In this document: positions 49,061-58,032 of the stretch, piece by piece
Numbering within the stretch: the stretch's first letter is position 1
Layout of the letters: each line of letters starts with the position of its first letter
NCBI GenBank assembly: GCA_039811685.1
Contig: JBDHZC010000002.1
Span: forward strand, 480,001-544,000
DNA from: Armatimonadota bacterium
Lineage (GTDB): Bacteria; Armatimonadota; UBA5829; DSUL01
Direction of reading: 5' to 3'
Length of the DNA: 64,000 nt
Made by a program: the position numbers and the translations under genes
Notes under the pieces: model-generated
Told to the model about the DNA's origin: nothing
Seen by the model: only the letters and a program-made list of their open reading frames with translations
The model's database searches: none

Positions 49061-49699
49061 TTAGCCTGCCTTCTTCTCACCGTAGTCCGGCATCTTTCGC
49101 ATCGTCATCCCCTTAGGGAGATCAAACTTTGAGTCCGCTACGGGGACACCGGTCTTGTAAGACTTGTAGGTGTAGGTCACCGTGTCCGTAGCCTTCACGC
49201 CAGTCGTGATAAGCTTCAAAGGTTCATAGCTGACGGGCCTCACCCACAGCTTGCACTTCCACTTTGTCTTGGACTCGGTATAGGTGTACACGTTGGCTGG
49301 CTTTCCACCGATTTTTTCCGTTCCCACCTTCCTGGCGCCCTGGCTCTGGAGAAATTTCTGAACGTTGCCAATCGGTCCAGGTACGTAGCTCATAGGAGTA
49401 TCGCGAAGAGTACCCCTGGGATATTCCACAATGAACTTTCTCGCGCTGTTCACCATGAAGGTGCCTTTGGAGTTCTTAATTGCCTGCAGCCTTATTCCCG
49501 GTGAGTCCATATCCCAGTAGAAGAAGTCGCCCTTGATAGTCATGGAACGAGGACCCATATCACCCTGAGGAGACTTCGCCGAGACCTGATAAACTGTAGT
49601 GTCCGGCTTTGCGGACTTGGAAGGCTTAACCGGTGCGGCCAGTACAGCCTGAGATGCCAGAAGTGCGGCCAGAAGCCCACCTGTAATGGTCTTGTTCAT
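49061..49699 (-). CDS. Secreted LolA/DUF4412-like fold protein
   Basis: GAGGAG RBS, signal peptide and the pattern VGTEKIGGKPANVY, KLWV..PLK, ADSKFDLPKG typical of the LolA-like superfamily. Confidence 0.6.
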   Translation of the reverse strand: MNKTITGGLLAALLASQAVLAAPVKPSKSAKPDTTVYQVSAKSPQGDMGPRSMTIKGDFFYWDMDSPGIRLQAIKNSKGTFMVNSARKFIVEYPRGTLRDTPMSYVPGPIGNVQKFLQSQGARKVGTEKIGGKPANVYTYTESKTKWKCKLWVRPVSYEPLKLITTGVKATDTVTYTYKSYKTGVPVADSKFDLPKGMTMRKMPDYGEKKAG

Positions 49700-50302
49700 T
49701 TCTCTCCTCATGCAATCAATGAAACGCGCCACGCAACACATTCAGCCTCGAAGAACAGCCAGCACGCGCACGGACCTAAACACCTGTCACATCTTTGGGT
49801 AGCCCGATGGTATTGTGCCAAGTTCGGCAGCGGAACCCTCTATAGAAAAACAGCATCTGGGAAGCGCCCGGCCAGTCTCCCGGCGCTTTGCGCGTAAGGA
49901 ATCCGGACTTGTCAGAATGACGCTGTACGAACCACGCGCGGCTTCGTGAGCTTTCAGGAGGCCTGAAAAACGGCGGCCAGGCTTCATGGCTTATGAAATC
50001 TGCAGGCGACAGGCGACCGCGAGTCGGCCCGCCCACTCGTCTCTGCCTCTAATTCATGATAACCCACGATTGTTCAGTTGTGGAGGCCAATTCTGACGTG
50101 AGGACGAGTATCTCCGACCTTCAGAGGCTGTGAAAACCAGGCTGATGAGGAAGGCGCTCTATGGGCATCAGCGCGTTCACGAACTCTGGATCGCCTCGCA
50201 GTTTTTCACGGCTGAGCCAGGCGAGCAATCCTAATCCGGTGCAACGAGTTGAACGCCATCGAAGGCGTTGCCACCTCCAGCGCGGTCTCCCAAGAACCGA
50301 AA

Positions 50303-50332
50303 GAAGGCTCCGGCGGTAAAGCCGGAGCCTTC
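50303..50332 (-). terminator. Intrinsic terminator of the 299-aa secreted protein gene
   Basis: Perfect 12-bp stem GAAGGCTCCGGC/GCCGGAGCCTTC with a 6-nt loop, followed by TTTC on the minus strand. Confidence 0.8.
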
Positions 50333-50397
50333 AGGGTGGAACTCGAGTTACCTAGACTTCGCCAGGCGGCTCGGGTTCTTCACTTTCGCCCGGATAA

Positions 50398-51297
50398 TTA
50401 CTTATTGGGCTGAAAGATACCCCCCCTTGTGACGTACTCAATGTCGACCAGGAGCTTGCAGCAGGCCGGATTCTCGAGAGTATTCGCGATACCGGTCCCT
50501 GGGCCTGTCGGGCTCGGGAACGCCGGAGAGGCGCCGATGCAGGCATCCATAACACCAAGCTCAAAGTCGCCGAGGATCAGACCGGCGCTCACAGTGTCAC
50601 CAGCGGAAGCAGCGGCCTCAGCCGAGCTCAGCCAGGAGAGCAACTGCGGATACAGGCACTCGTCGCTGATCAGCGGAACCTCGTCCAGACCGAACGGGAG
50701 CTCGTGGAACAGGCGGACGGCGTTGGCGATTGAGCCAAGCGTAGCGTCCACATGCCACTTCCACACTTCCTGATGCACGTAGGCCGGCGGGTTCGGGCCA
50801 GCGCCATCGTCATCGTACGGAAGGGTTGTTCCGTAGAGGATGGTCAGGGTCCAGTTCGTGCCAGGCACTTCATACATCAGCGGCCACCAGGTTCGAATGT
50901 TCGCGGTGCCCTGCTGAGGGATGTTCTTCACGGGGAAGACATCGCTGCACTGAATGTACGGAGGCGTGGTCTTCTGAAGAACAACGTTCTTGATGCTCCA
51001 CGCATTGCCGGACTGTCCAGCACTGATGTGCGGGATGCCGTCTTTGGCGGCGCCGACAAAGTTCTCCCAGTTGGCGCCGCCCTCGATGGACAGAACGCCA
51101 GGAACGGCGCTGATCACGTCAGAGCCGGCGCCAAGGTAACCCTTGGAGCTGAGATTGGTGCCATTGCTGTCGCCAGGATAGGCCTGGTAGACGGCGATCG
51201 ACTGATGGGTGATCGGAACGCTCGCGACGCGGGCAGCATTTGCCCCGACGGAGAGGACCGTAGCACCAGCCACAAACAGCGGTAGATACTTATTCAA
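50398..51297 (-). CDS. Secreted hypothetical protein (299 aa), candidate abundant cell-surface protein
   Basis: TTG start after AAGGAGG, signal peptide (MNKYLPLFVAGATVLSVGANA), visibly C-ending codon bias and Cys-containing C-terminus (ENPACCKLL). Confidence 0.8.
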   Translation of the reverse strand: MNKYLPLFVAGATVLSVGANAARVASVPITHQSIAVYQAYPGDSNGTNLSSKGYLGAGSDVISAVPGVLSIEGGANWENFVGAAKDGIPHISAGQSGNAWSIKNVVLQKTTPPYIQCSDVFPVKNIPQQGTANIRTWWPLMYEVPGTNWTLTILYGTTLPYDDDGAGPNPPAYVHQEVWKWHVDATLGSIANAVRLFHELPFGLDEVPLISDECLYPQLLSWLSSAEAAASAGDTVSAGLILGDFELGVMDACIGASPAFPSPTGPGTGIANTLENPACCKLLVDIEYVTRGGIFQPNK

Positions 51298-51766
51298 TGT
51301 AGTTCCTCCTTCTCTTGTAGAGAGGCTTGTCCACCCTGCTCTAAAGAGAAACACACTAGTGTCGTTGTTGTTCAAGGGCTGCGATGTCAAGCTTCCATCC
51401 AGCCAGTTTCCAAGGACGCCGGTCTTTAGTGACCTGGCACCTATCCAACCCAGGATCTGACTCATCCGCATGGCGTCTTTACCAAATCCTGCACGTGCCC
51501 TGGTCGGGAAAACCGGCCGGCTGTATGGCCTTTTCGTCTCGTCTCCTGACGTCTTGACCTTCCCCTGTGCCTGAGCTTGTGAAAGAACAGGCTTTTGCCT
51601 TTGCGGGCATCTGGAGAGAGTCTCAATCTGTCGAAGCCGAGAGCTCAACGCTTGGCCCTTATGTCGTCTGCTCGGGTGGGGGGGCTAGGCCGCAGGCTCT
51701 CCGTTGAGGCATTGGAGAGTTAGTCCCTAACGGCGCAGCTTGCGCCACCCTCACAAAGCTGACTCC

Positions 51767-51793
51767 AGTATACCTTAGTTGGTAGACCGTCAA
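51767..51793 (-). promoter_or_regulatory. Putative promoter giving a ~460-nt 5' leader
   Basis: On the minus strand TTGACG-N15-TATACT, which is a short spacer. Confidence 0.45.
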
Positions 51794-52142
51794 GGGGCAA
51801 TTGGCGAAATTTCAAGCCTGTACGGCTCGAATCAGGTATTTATAACAGGATGCTTTTCACCTCAGCGACGCAACCCGTCTCCATTCCTGACCTTCTTGCC
51901 ACCTGGATCGGTATCGCTTGCGCGCACTCCGACCCTCAGCCTTGCACCCGCTCCTCATCTCAACTGCGCTGCTTGCGCGACGCCGTGTTCCGAGTTAGCG
52001 GTCTGTCATTCAGTATAAAGCTCAGCGCGTCGTTTGTGTCCTAGCAACAATACCAGAAGTTACCTGTAGCAGATCACTCAGTTGCCACTGTGTGACAACT
52101 GCTCCTCGTAACTATACGGGGATTCGGCGCTTTTCTTAGTAA

Positions 52143-52157
52143 TGGCACAGAATATGC
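52143..52157 (+). promoter_or_regulatory. Putative sigma54 -24/-12 promoter
   Basis: TGGCAC-AGAAT-ATGC (GG-N10-GC), about 50 nt before the PEP-CTERM gene. Confidence 0.5.
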
Positions 52158-52208
52158 GCCCGGCTCTCGTACCGCAGCAGCGTCCACCACGCTCAGCGTA
52201 CAAAAGCC

Positions 52209-53447
52209 ATGAGTAGAAAAAACGAACAACAGTTTAGAAGCGCCATCAGACTTTGGAGCCTCGCGGCAAGTGTTGCCATTGCGGCATTCTGCGCGACCTC
52301 CGGATTCGCGGATGCGTTTTTCCACATGGACGCCCAGCGCACCGGCCGTGCGGAGTTTTCCGGTCCATCAACCGGCGCAGTCCTCTGGCGTTACCAGACC
52401 GGAGGGCTGATAACCTCATCTCCCTCTGTCGGGCCAGATGGCACTATCTATGTGGGGTCCTTTGACCGAAAGCTGCACGCCGTACTTCCCACCGGAACCC
52501 GTCAGTGGGCCTTCACCACAGGTGGCTACGTCGGATCGTCTCCCGCGGTGTCCAGCTCTGGGGAGATATACTTCGGTTCTGACGACGGGTGGATGTACGC
52601 CCTGAGCCAAAGTGGCGCGCTGGACTGGAGCTTCCAGACACCGGTACTGGGGCCGACTCCGAGCGGCCCGATCTCGAGCGCTCCTGTTCTGAGTGGCAAT
52701 GATCTGATCTTCACGGCGGATGCCGGACGAGTGTGGAATCTCAACTCTACCACAGGCGCCGCGCAGTGGAACTTCCTGATGCCTCAGTTCTCCTACTCTT
52801 CACCCACAATCGGCCACAACGGCGACATCTATGTGGGAGACGGAAATGGCAAAGTGTACGCCCTCAGCGCTGCCGGCCAGCAGCTCTGGTCCTATCAGAC
52901 CGGAAACCAGATATTTGCGGCGCCAGCGGTCGGCGACGATGGCACTATCTATGCGACCAGCTCCGACGGCTACCTTTACGCACTTAACCCAAATGGCACA
53001 CTCAAGTGGAAATATGCCGCTCCGCCAGGAATCGGCACCACTCCAGCCATTGGGCACGATGGCGCCATTTATATTGGTGGCGCTGACAGTAAGATTCACG
53101 CCATCAGCCCGACCGGACAGCGGAAATGGATTTTCCACACCAATGGGCCAATCTACAGCTCTCCGCTGGTGGACAAGGACGACAACATCTACTTCGTGAA
53201 CAACGGTGGGGTATTTCAGTCTGTCACACCTCAGGGAGCGCTGAGGTGGAGTGTTGGCATCGGCTCTGTGTCTTACTCATCTCCGACAATGGGACCGGAC
53301 GGCATCATCTACGTGGGAGCGAACGACAACTATCTCTACGCCATCGGCCCCTCTGGCTACGTCATCCCTGAGCCTTCCAGCCTGCTGCAGTTGGCAGGTC
53401 TGGTGAGCGGCCTGGCCGCCTTCGGAAGACGCCGCATCCGGCGCTAA
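52209..53447 (+). CDS. PQQ-like beta-propeller protein with PEP-CTERM sorting signal
   Basis: Signal peptide and about 8 SSP..G.DG.IYVG blades. The C-terminus is IPEPSSLLQLAGLVSGLAAFGRRRIRR. Confidence 0.92.
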   Translation: MSRKNEQQFRSAIRLWSLAASVAIAAFCATSGFADAFFHMDAQRTGRAEFSGPSTGAVLWRYQTGGLITSSPSVGPDGTIYVGSFDRKLHAVLPTGTRQWAFTTGGYVGSSPAVSSSGEIYFGSDDGWMYALSQSGALDWSFQTPVLGPTPSGPISSAPVLSGNDLIFTADAGRVWNLNSTTGAAQWNFLMPQFSYSSPTIGHNGDIYVGDGNGKVYALSAAGQQLWSYQTGNQIFAAPAVGDDGTIYATSSDGYLYALNPNGTLKWKYAAPPGIGTTPAIGHDGAIYIGGADSKIHAISPTGQRKWIFHTNGPIYSSPLVDKDDNIYFVNNGGVFQSVTPQGALRWSVGIGSVSYSSPTMGPDGIIYVGANDNYLYAIGPSGYVIPEPSSLLQLAGLVSGLAAFGRRRIRR

Positions 53448-53470
53448 GCAGCCTTCACCACATACGCAGC

Positions 53471-53501
53471 CGGGCGGGACATCCCCCTCTCGTCCCGCCC
53501 G
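53471..53501. terminator. Hairpin between convergent genes
   Basis: CGGGCGGGAC-N11-GTCCCGCCCG 10-bp stem with no clear U-tract. Confidence 0.45.
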
Positions 53502-53572
53502 CTACTGCGCGCTATGACTGATGAGCGAATCAGCCTTTGTCCCCCGCTTATGCCCGATTATCTCTCACAGGT

Positions 53573-56500
53573 CTACGGATGGGGCACGGCCACGGTGATG
53601 TCTGAAGAGCGGCGCACTCTTACAACACGCCTGTAGCCGCCGCTTCCGTCCGGCTCCATTGTGCTGATTCCTGTAACTGTGACAAAGTCCCCTGCCGCGG
53701 GCTTTGCGAGTGTCCCACACAACACCTTCGCCGTAACTGGATCGCTATTGTAGCTTGACCCGTCATTGATGGTAAACGAATCCGCAGAGACCGACTCTAC
53801 CTGGCCACCCACCTTCACGAGAAGTCCGATGTTGTTCAACCCGTAGCCCGTGTGCACACCTGGCGTATTAGGATTCAGCGCACCGCCGCCCAGTGAGCTC
53901 AACCGCATCACGAGCGGAAGTATGGCCGGGTTGCCGGAGAGATTCACCGTGACCGAGCTTGCGTCAATAAAGCGCTCCCCGTTCAACGTCTGGATTGTGC
54001 CGCGCACCGTCACGCTGTCACCCTCCTGGAGAGTCTGTGCCGTGGCGACGCGGATGCCGGAGCTGCGGTTGGTTTCCTCGATGTAGAGATACTGTGGATA
54101 CTCCTGCGTGGATCCCGCTGTGACAATCTTGCCGTTTAACAGCACCTGATCACCGTCCGGCAGCGCCTTTATGGCAGAAATAGACGCTGTGCCCGAAAGC
54201 AAACCGAGGAAATCCGCCTCGGAGCTCATCCCCCACACCGCATTGACAGTCTGCGACGCAGGCGAGAATGTCCAGGACGGCTTAGCGGCGCTGAGGGAAT
54301 AGAGTCCGGGAGCGAGATCATCAAGTGTGTACGATCCGTCAAGCGCGGTAAGCGCGGACTTCCCGCCCGGGCTGGCCGTGATGGTCACTCCGGGCACCCC
54401 GTGCTGATCAGTCACGGCCTCATAGCGGTCTGTGATGAAGCCCCAGTCCGAGTTCCCAGGGTCTGACGTCAGCACAATCTTCAGAGAATCACCGTTCACC
54501 CACTCAGACCAGACGTCACTGTAGTGCCCGGTGAAAGTATCAATGATCTGATCGCTGGAGTCCGTAACATCAATGAAGTCAAATCCGGGCTCCACCTCCA
54601 GGCGCGTGAAGTGCACCCGGATCTTGGAAGCCCCTTGCGGCCCCTGCACAGTGTAGGTCTCCGAGACGTTGTCACCATAAGGATGCTGAGACTGCAGTAC
54701 AACCGCTTCCTGCACAGTCGTCCCGACAGTCACAGACCCCGTGATCGTCGCTGGCGGACGCGCTGTGAAGTTAACTCCCGAGAGCGTGCTGCCCGGGGAA
54801 GGCTCAGCGCTCCGGGCGTTTGGCTGGAACTGCCAGTTTGGATACGAAGGCGTCACGGTGTAGGACACAGGCTCCAGCCCCGACAGAGTATAAGCGCCTC
54901 CCACGCCGGTAGTTGTGGTATGGTTGCCTGGCTGAGCTGTAACAGTGACGCCGGCAGGAGCGGGCTCTGTCAACAAGTCCGTTTCGTAGCCATCCATCCT
55001 GAAGCCGTAGTCCACACCTGTTGCGTCCGTCACCAGATGCAGTACCAGCGCATTGCCGGGCACCCACTGGCTCCAGTAGTCCGTCTTGTTGCCGGTGATG
55101 TCCTGATAAGGAGTCCCGTCAGCATCCTCAATGTAGAGATGATCCAGACCATTCTGCAGCGCCACTTCGTCAAAGTGAGCGCGGATATGCGTAGCGCCCA
55201 CAGGTCCTGTCACCGTGTACTTCACATCGGAGTTGTTCTGGTAGTTGTGCGGTGATTCGACTTCGTAAGCCGTCACACCGCCCAGAGCTTTTTGAATGAC
55301 ACCGCTGATAGACGCAGGGGCCGCAGAGCCGGTGAAATCAACCCCCGGCGCCGCCTGATCTGCCACAACTACTGCCGTACTTGGCGGAGCGAACGTCCAG
55401 CCGGTCTTGGCGGCAGAGACGGTGTAGCTGTCCGCCGGCAGGCGCAGAGTGTAGCGTCCGTTAGCGCCCGTTGTCGTGTCTTTGGTCGCGCTGGACCCTG
55501 TCGCTGTGACCGTGGCTCCCGCGATGGGATTTCCGGACGTGGACAGCAGCGTTCCCGTAATATAGGAACCTGGAAGGTGACCGGAGGCCACAAGCGCAAA
55601 AGGCTGCGGGCCGCCTGGAACGCTAAAGCCTGTGACCGTGACCGTATAAACGCCCGTCAAAGGCACGCTGACGTCCACGCTTTCAACATTGTTGACGCTG
55701 TCTGTGGCGCCGTTGCCGCGGTAAACTGTGCCGTTGGGAGCCGTGACAGAGAGATTCAGATCATTCACCAGCTCTTTGGCTGCCAGAGGAGAGCCTGGAG
55801 GATCAGTCCACACCAGCGTCACCGCAAACGGAGCGTCGCTTCCAAGCACCGTGTACTGATACGTGCGCGTCTGCCCCGTTGAAATACCGGAGGTTTCGTC
55901 CACATATTCGATCTGCCTGGGCGCTGGCGGGTCTATGGCGGCATTCACATCCACGCGCCCCCAGCCTTCAACGCTGTTCGGGCGCACGGGAATCTCAGGA
56001 GGCACGGCTCCGATATACTGCCCCGGCGCCATGTCTTTTGCGCTGTTGAGCAGCGCCGCCTTCACGAGCGCGGCGCTTGGAGCTATGCCAAACGATGAGT
56101 TCAAATACTGTCTGAGGAGGACGGCCGAGCCTGCCACCGCCGGAGCAGAAAAGCTGGTGCCACCCCAGTAGCTGTAGTGAGAATCATACGGCATCCATCC
56201 CGGGTTGCCGACAAGCTGGCTGCTCAAAGCCACAATATTTGTGCCGGGCGCGCAGATATCGGGCTTGATGCGACCATCGGCGCATGGGCCGCGGCTGCTC
56301 CACGCCGCCATGCCGCTCGGATTGTCAGAAATTGGATCGCTGTTTATCGGCGCCTGTGGGAAATCTGACCCCCAGTACGTCCCGTAGGACTGGGAGCGGC
56401 CGGTGGCGCGCAGGCTCTCAGTGGCGCCCACGGAAATACAGTTTTTCGCAGTGGCGGGGGAATAAAGCGCGCCGGAGTCAGTCCGTCCGTCAGCGTTTGC

Positions 56501-57622
56501 GTCCACGCCGTCGTTTCCTACGGGAAAGACCAGAACCGCGTCTTTATGATTCCAGACGAAATCGTCCACCTGCTGCGAAAGTGTTGTGTACTTCCCCTCC
56601 ACAGGGGATCCCCAACTGTGGTTCTGAACGCGGGCGCCGTCCAGATAGGGCGGCTGGAAGAGCTGCGAGAGAGTCACGGGCGGATAGACAAAGGAGCTTC
56701 CGTCACCTATGGACTGCATGATAATGGAAGCCTCAGGCGCAACCCCGCAAAAGGAATCTGTATACGTGTGGGAGCCAGCGTTGGAGCCAGACAGCGCTCC
56801 CGAGCCTGCCGCCACAGACACGCAGAAAGTGCCGTGCCCGCTCAGGTCGCTCCAGTCGTCTGGGCGGCGCAGAGCGTACGTCTTGATAACGCGGCCGGCC
56901 AGGTCCGGGCTCAGTGTAGCCAGGTTGCCAGTGTCCAGACCGGAATCCGCAAAAGAGATGATCTCACCCGCGCCAAAAAGCCCGGTTCTGTTGCGAACGG
57001 GTGTGACACCGATGATGGACTGCACAACGTTGTTGGCAGCGCGCGGAGGCGCCCACTCTTCAATCCAGCGCACTTCCTCGAGACCCGCAATCCGGTCCAG
57101 AGCTCTGGCCGGGATTGTGGCCAGCAGAATGCCGCCCGCCACATCGCTGTCGCGCAACAACTCGCCACCGCTTGCGCTGATGACCTGGATGACGGTTGTG
57201 GCTGCTTCGTCACCAAAGACCCGGATGAGGACTGTCAGGCTCTTCTGCTGAGTCTTTTTTTTCAGGTGAGGATCAATACGATAGCGAGCATGCAGCCTTC
57301 CCATCCAGGCGATACAGGCAAGCCCGCGCACCTTGGCAATCTGAGAGCGTTTGAGACGCGCTATGTAGGCGTTCTCCGGCAGGTAGTCCCGCAGCTTGAC
57401 ACCCATCTTCTGAAGTGAAGCCTTCCACTCTGGTCGGGGTGTCCCGCTGAACTGGAGGATGTAGTATCCACCGCGAGAGGGCGTCAGGCTCTGAAGCTGC
57501 ACTGTGCTCTTTACTTCCCTGTCCACCGGTCCAGCTTTCAGCAGCAGAGGCGCGGGGGCGCTCCAGACGCTGGTTGCAGCCATCAAACAAAGGAAGACAG
57601 AGATCAGAAAGGGTCTGTTCAT
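53573..57622 (-). CDS. Secreted S8 subtilisin-like protease (Kp43-type) with jelly-roll, Ig-like and two CUB domains plus conserved C-terminal domain
   Basis: Propeptide, catalytic ADSGLD / SGHGT / GTSFSAP, DGRIKPDICAPG, VNDLNL, two CUB-like segments and the shared CTD. Confidence 0.92.
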   Translation of the reverse strand: MNRPFLISVFLCLMAATSVWSAPAPLLLKAGPVDREVKSTVQLQSLTPSRGGYYILQFSGTPRPEWKASLQKMGVKLRDYLPENAYIARLKRSQIAKVRGLACIAWMGRLHARYRIDPHLKKKTQQKSLTVLIRVFGDEAATTVIQVISASGGELLRDSDVAGGILLATIPARALDRIAGLEEVRWIEEWAPPRAANNVVQSIIGVTPVRNRTGLFGAGEIISFADSGLDTGNLATLSPDLAGRVIKTYALRRPDDWSDLSGHGTFCVSVAAGSGALSGSNAGSHTYTDSFCGVAPEASIIMQSIGDGSSFVYPPVTLSQLFQPPYLDGARVQNHSWGSPVEGKYTTLSQQVDDFVWNHKDAVLVFPVGNDGVDANADGRTDSGALYSPATAKNCISVGATESLRATGRSQSYGTYWGSDFPQAPINSDPISDNPSGMAAWSSRGPCADGRIKPDICAPGTNIVALSSQLVGNPGWMPYDSHYSYWGGTSFSAPAVAGSAVLLRQYLNSSFGIAPSAALVKAALLNSAKDMAPGQYIGAVPPEIPVRPNSVEGWGRVDVNAAIDPPAPRQIEYVDETSGISTGQTRTYQYTVLGSDAPFAVTLVWTDPPGSPLAAKELVNDLNLSVTAPNGTVYRGNGATDSVNNVESVDVSVPLTGVYTVTVTGFSVPGGPQPFALVASGHLPGSYITGTLLSTSGNPIAGATVTATGSSATKDTTTGANGRYTLRLPADSYTVSAAKTGWTFAPPSTAVVVADQAAPGVDFTGSAAPASISGVIQKALGGVTAYEVESPHNYQNNSDVKYTVTGPVGATHIRAHFDEVALQNGLDHLYIEDADGTPYQDITGNKTDYWSQWVPGNALVLHLVTDATGVDYGFRMDGYETDLLTEPAPAGVTVTAQPGNHTTTTGVGGAYTLSGLEPVSYTVTPSYPNWQFQPNARSAEPSPGSTLSGVNFTARPPATITGSVTVGTTVQEAVVLQSQHPYGDNVSETYTVQGPQGASKIRVHFTRLEVEPGFDFIDVTDSSDQIIDTFTGHYSDVWSEWVNGDSLKIVLTSDPGNSDWGFITDRYEAVTDQHGVPGVTITASPGGKSALTALDGSYTLDDLAPGLYSLSAAKPSWTFSPASQTVNAVWGMSSEADFLGLLSGTASISAIKALPDGDQVLLNGKIVTAGSTQEYPQYLYIEETNRSSGIRVATAQTLQEGDSVTVRGTIQTLNGERFIDASSVTVNLSGNPAILPLVMRLSSLGGGALNPNTPGVHTGYGLNNIGLLVKVGGQVESVSADSFTINDGSSYNSDPVTAKVLCGTLAKPAAGDFVTVTGISTMEPDGSGGYRRVVRVRRSSDITVAVPHP

Positions 57623-58032
57623 AAGGAGTCCGCCAGGTACACTTGAGGTAGTGGAGGTTACTGGAACAACGAATCTGGCCGTTACCGGCACACGCGAAAA
57701 CAGCCGGGCCCGACACGCAAAACCCCACACATGGAAGTATACCGTACTGCCTGCGCCGAGTATCCAAACAGGTTTTCTTCACAGGGAGAAGACAAAGGGC
57801 TGGAGCCTGGCTGGCCGCCATTACTGTGACTGTAATCTCCATCCGCACGCGAATCGCCGAATACGGCAGCGAACCTCGATCAATATCCGCTCCGCACAGG
57901 CAAAGGTACTGGTTTTGTCCGCGAAGCGCCCCGCTGAGGGCACGAAAGACGTATAATAGATAAGAACCACTTCTTCCCTGACCCTGCGTCCGCCGCACAG
58001 TCACAAACGAGACCAACCACAGGAGCCTTCCT

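Noticed and set aside
49742..50300. 560-bp intergenic region with short ORFs
   Set aside because: No RBS-supported ORF, recognisable RNA motif or repeat that I can support.
51298..51648. 117-codon N-terminal extension of the 50398 ORF (416 aa in the track)
   Set aside because: A perfect RBS and signal peptide begin at TTG 51297. The extension is not protein-like and is better read as 5' leader.
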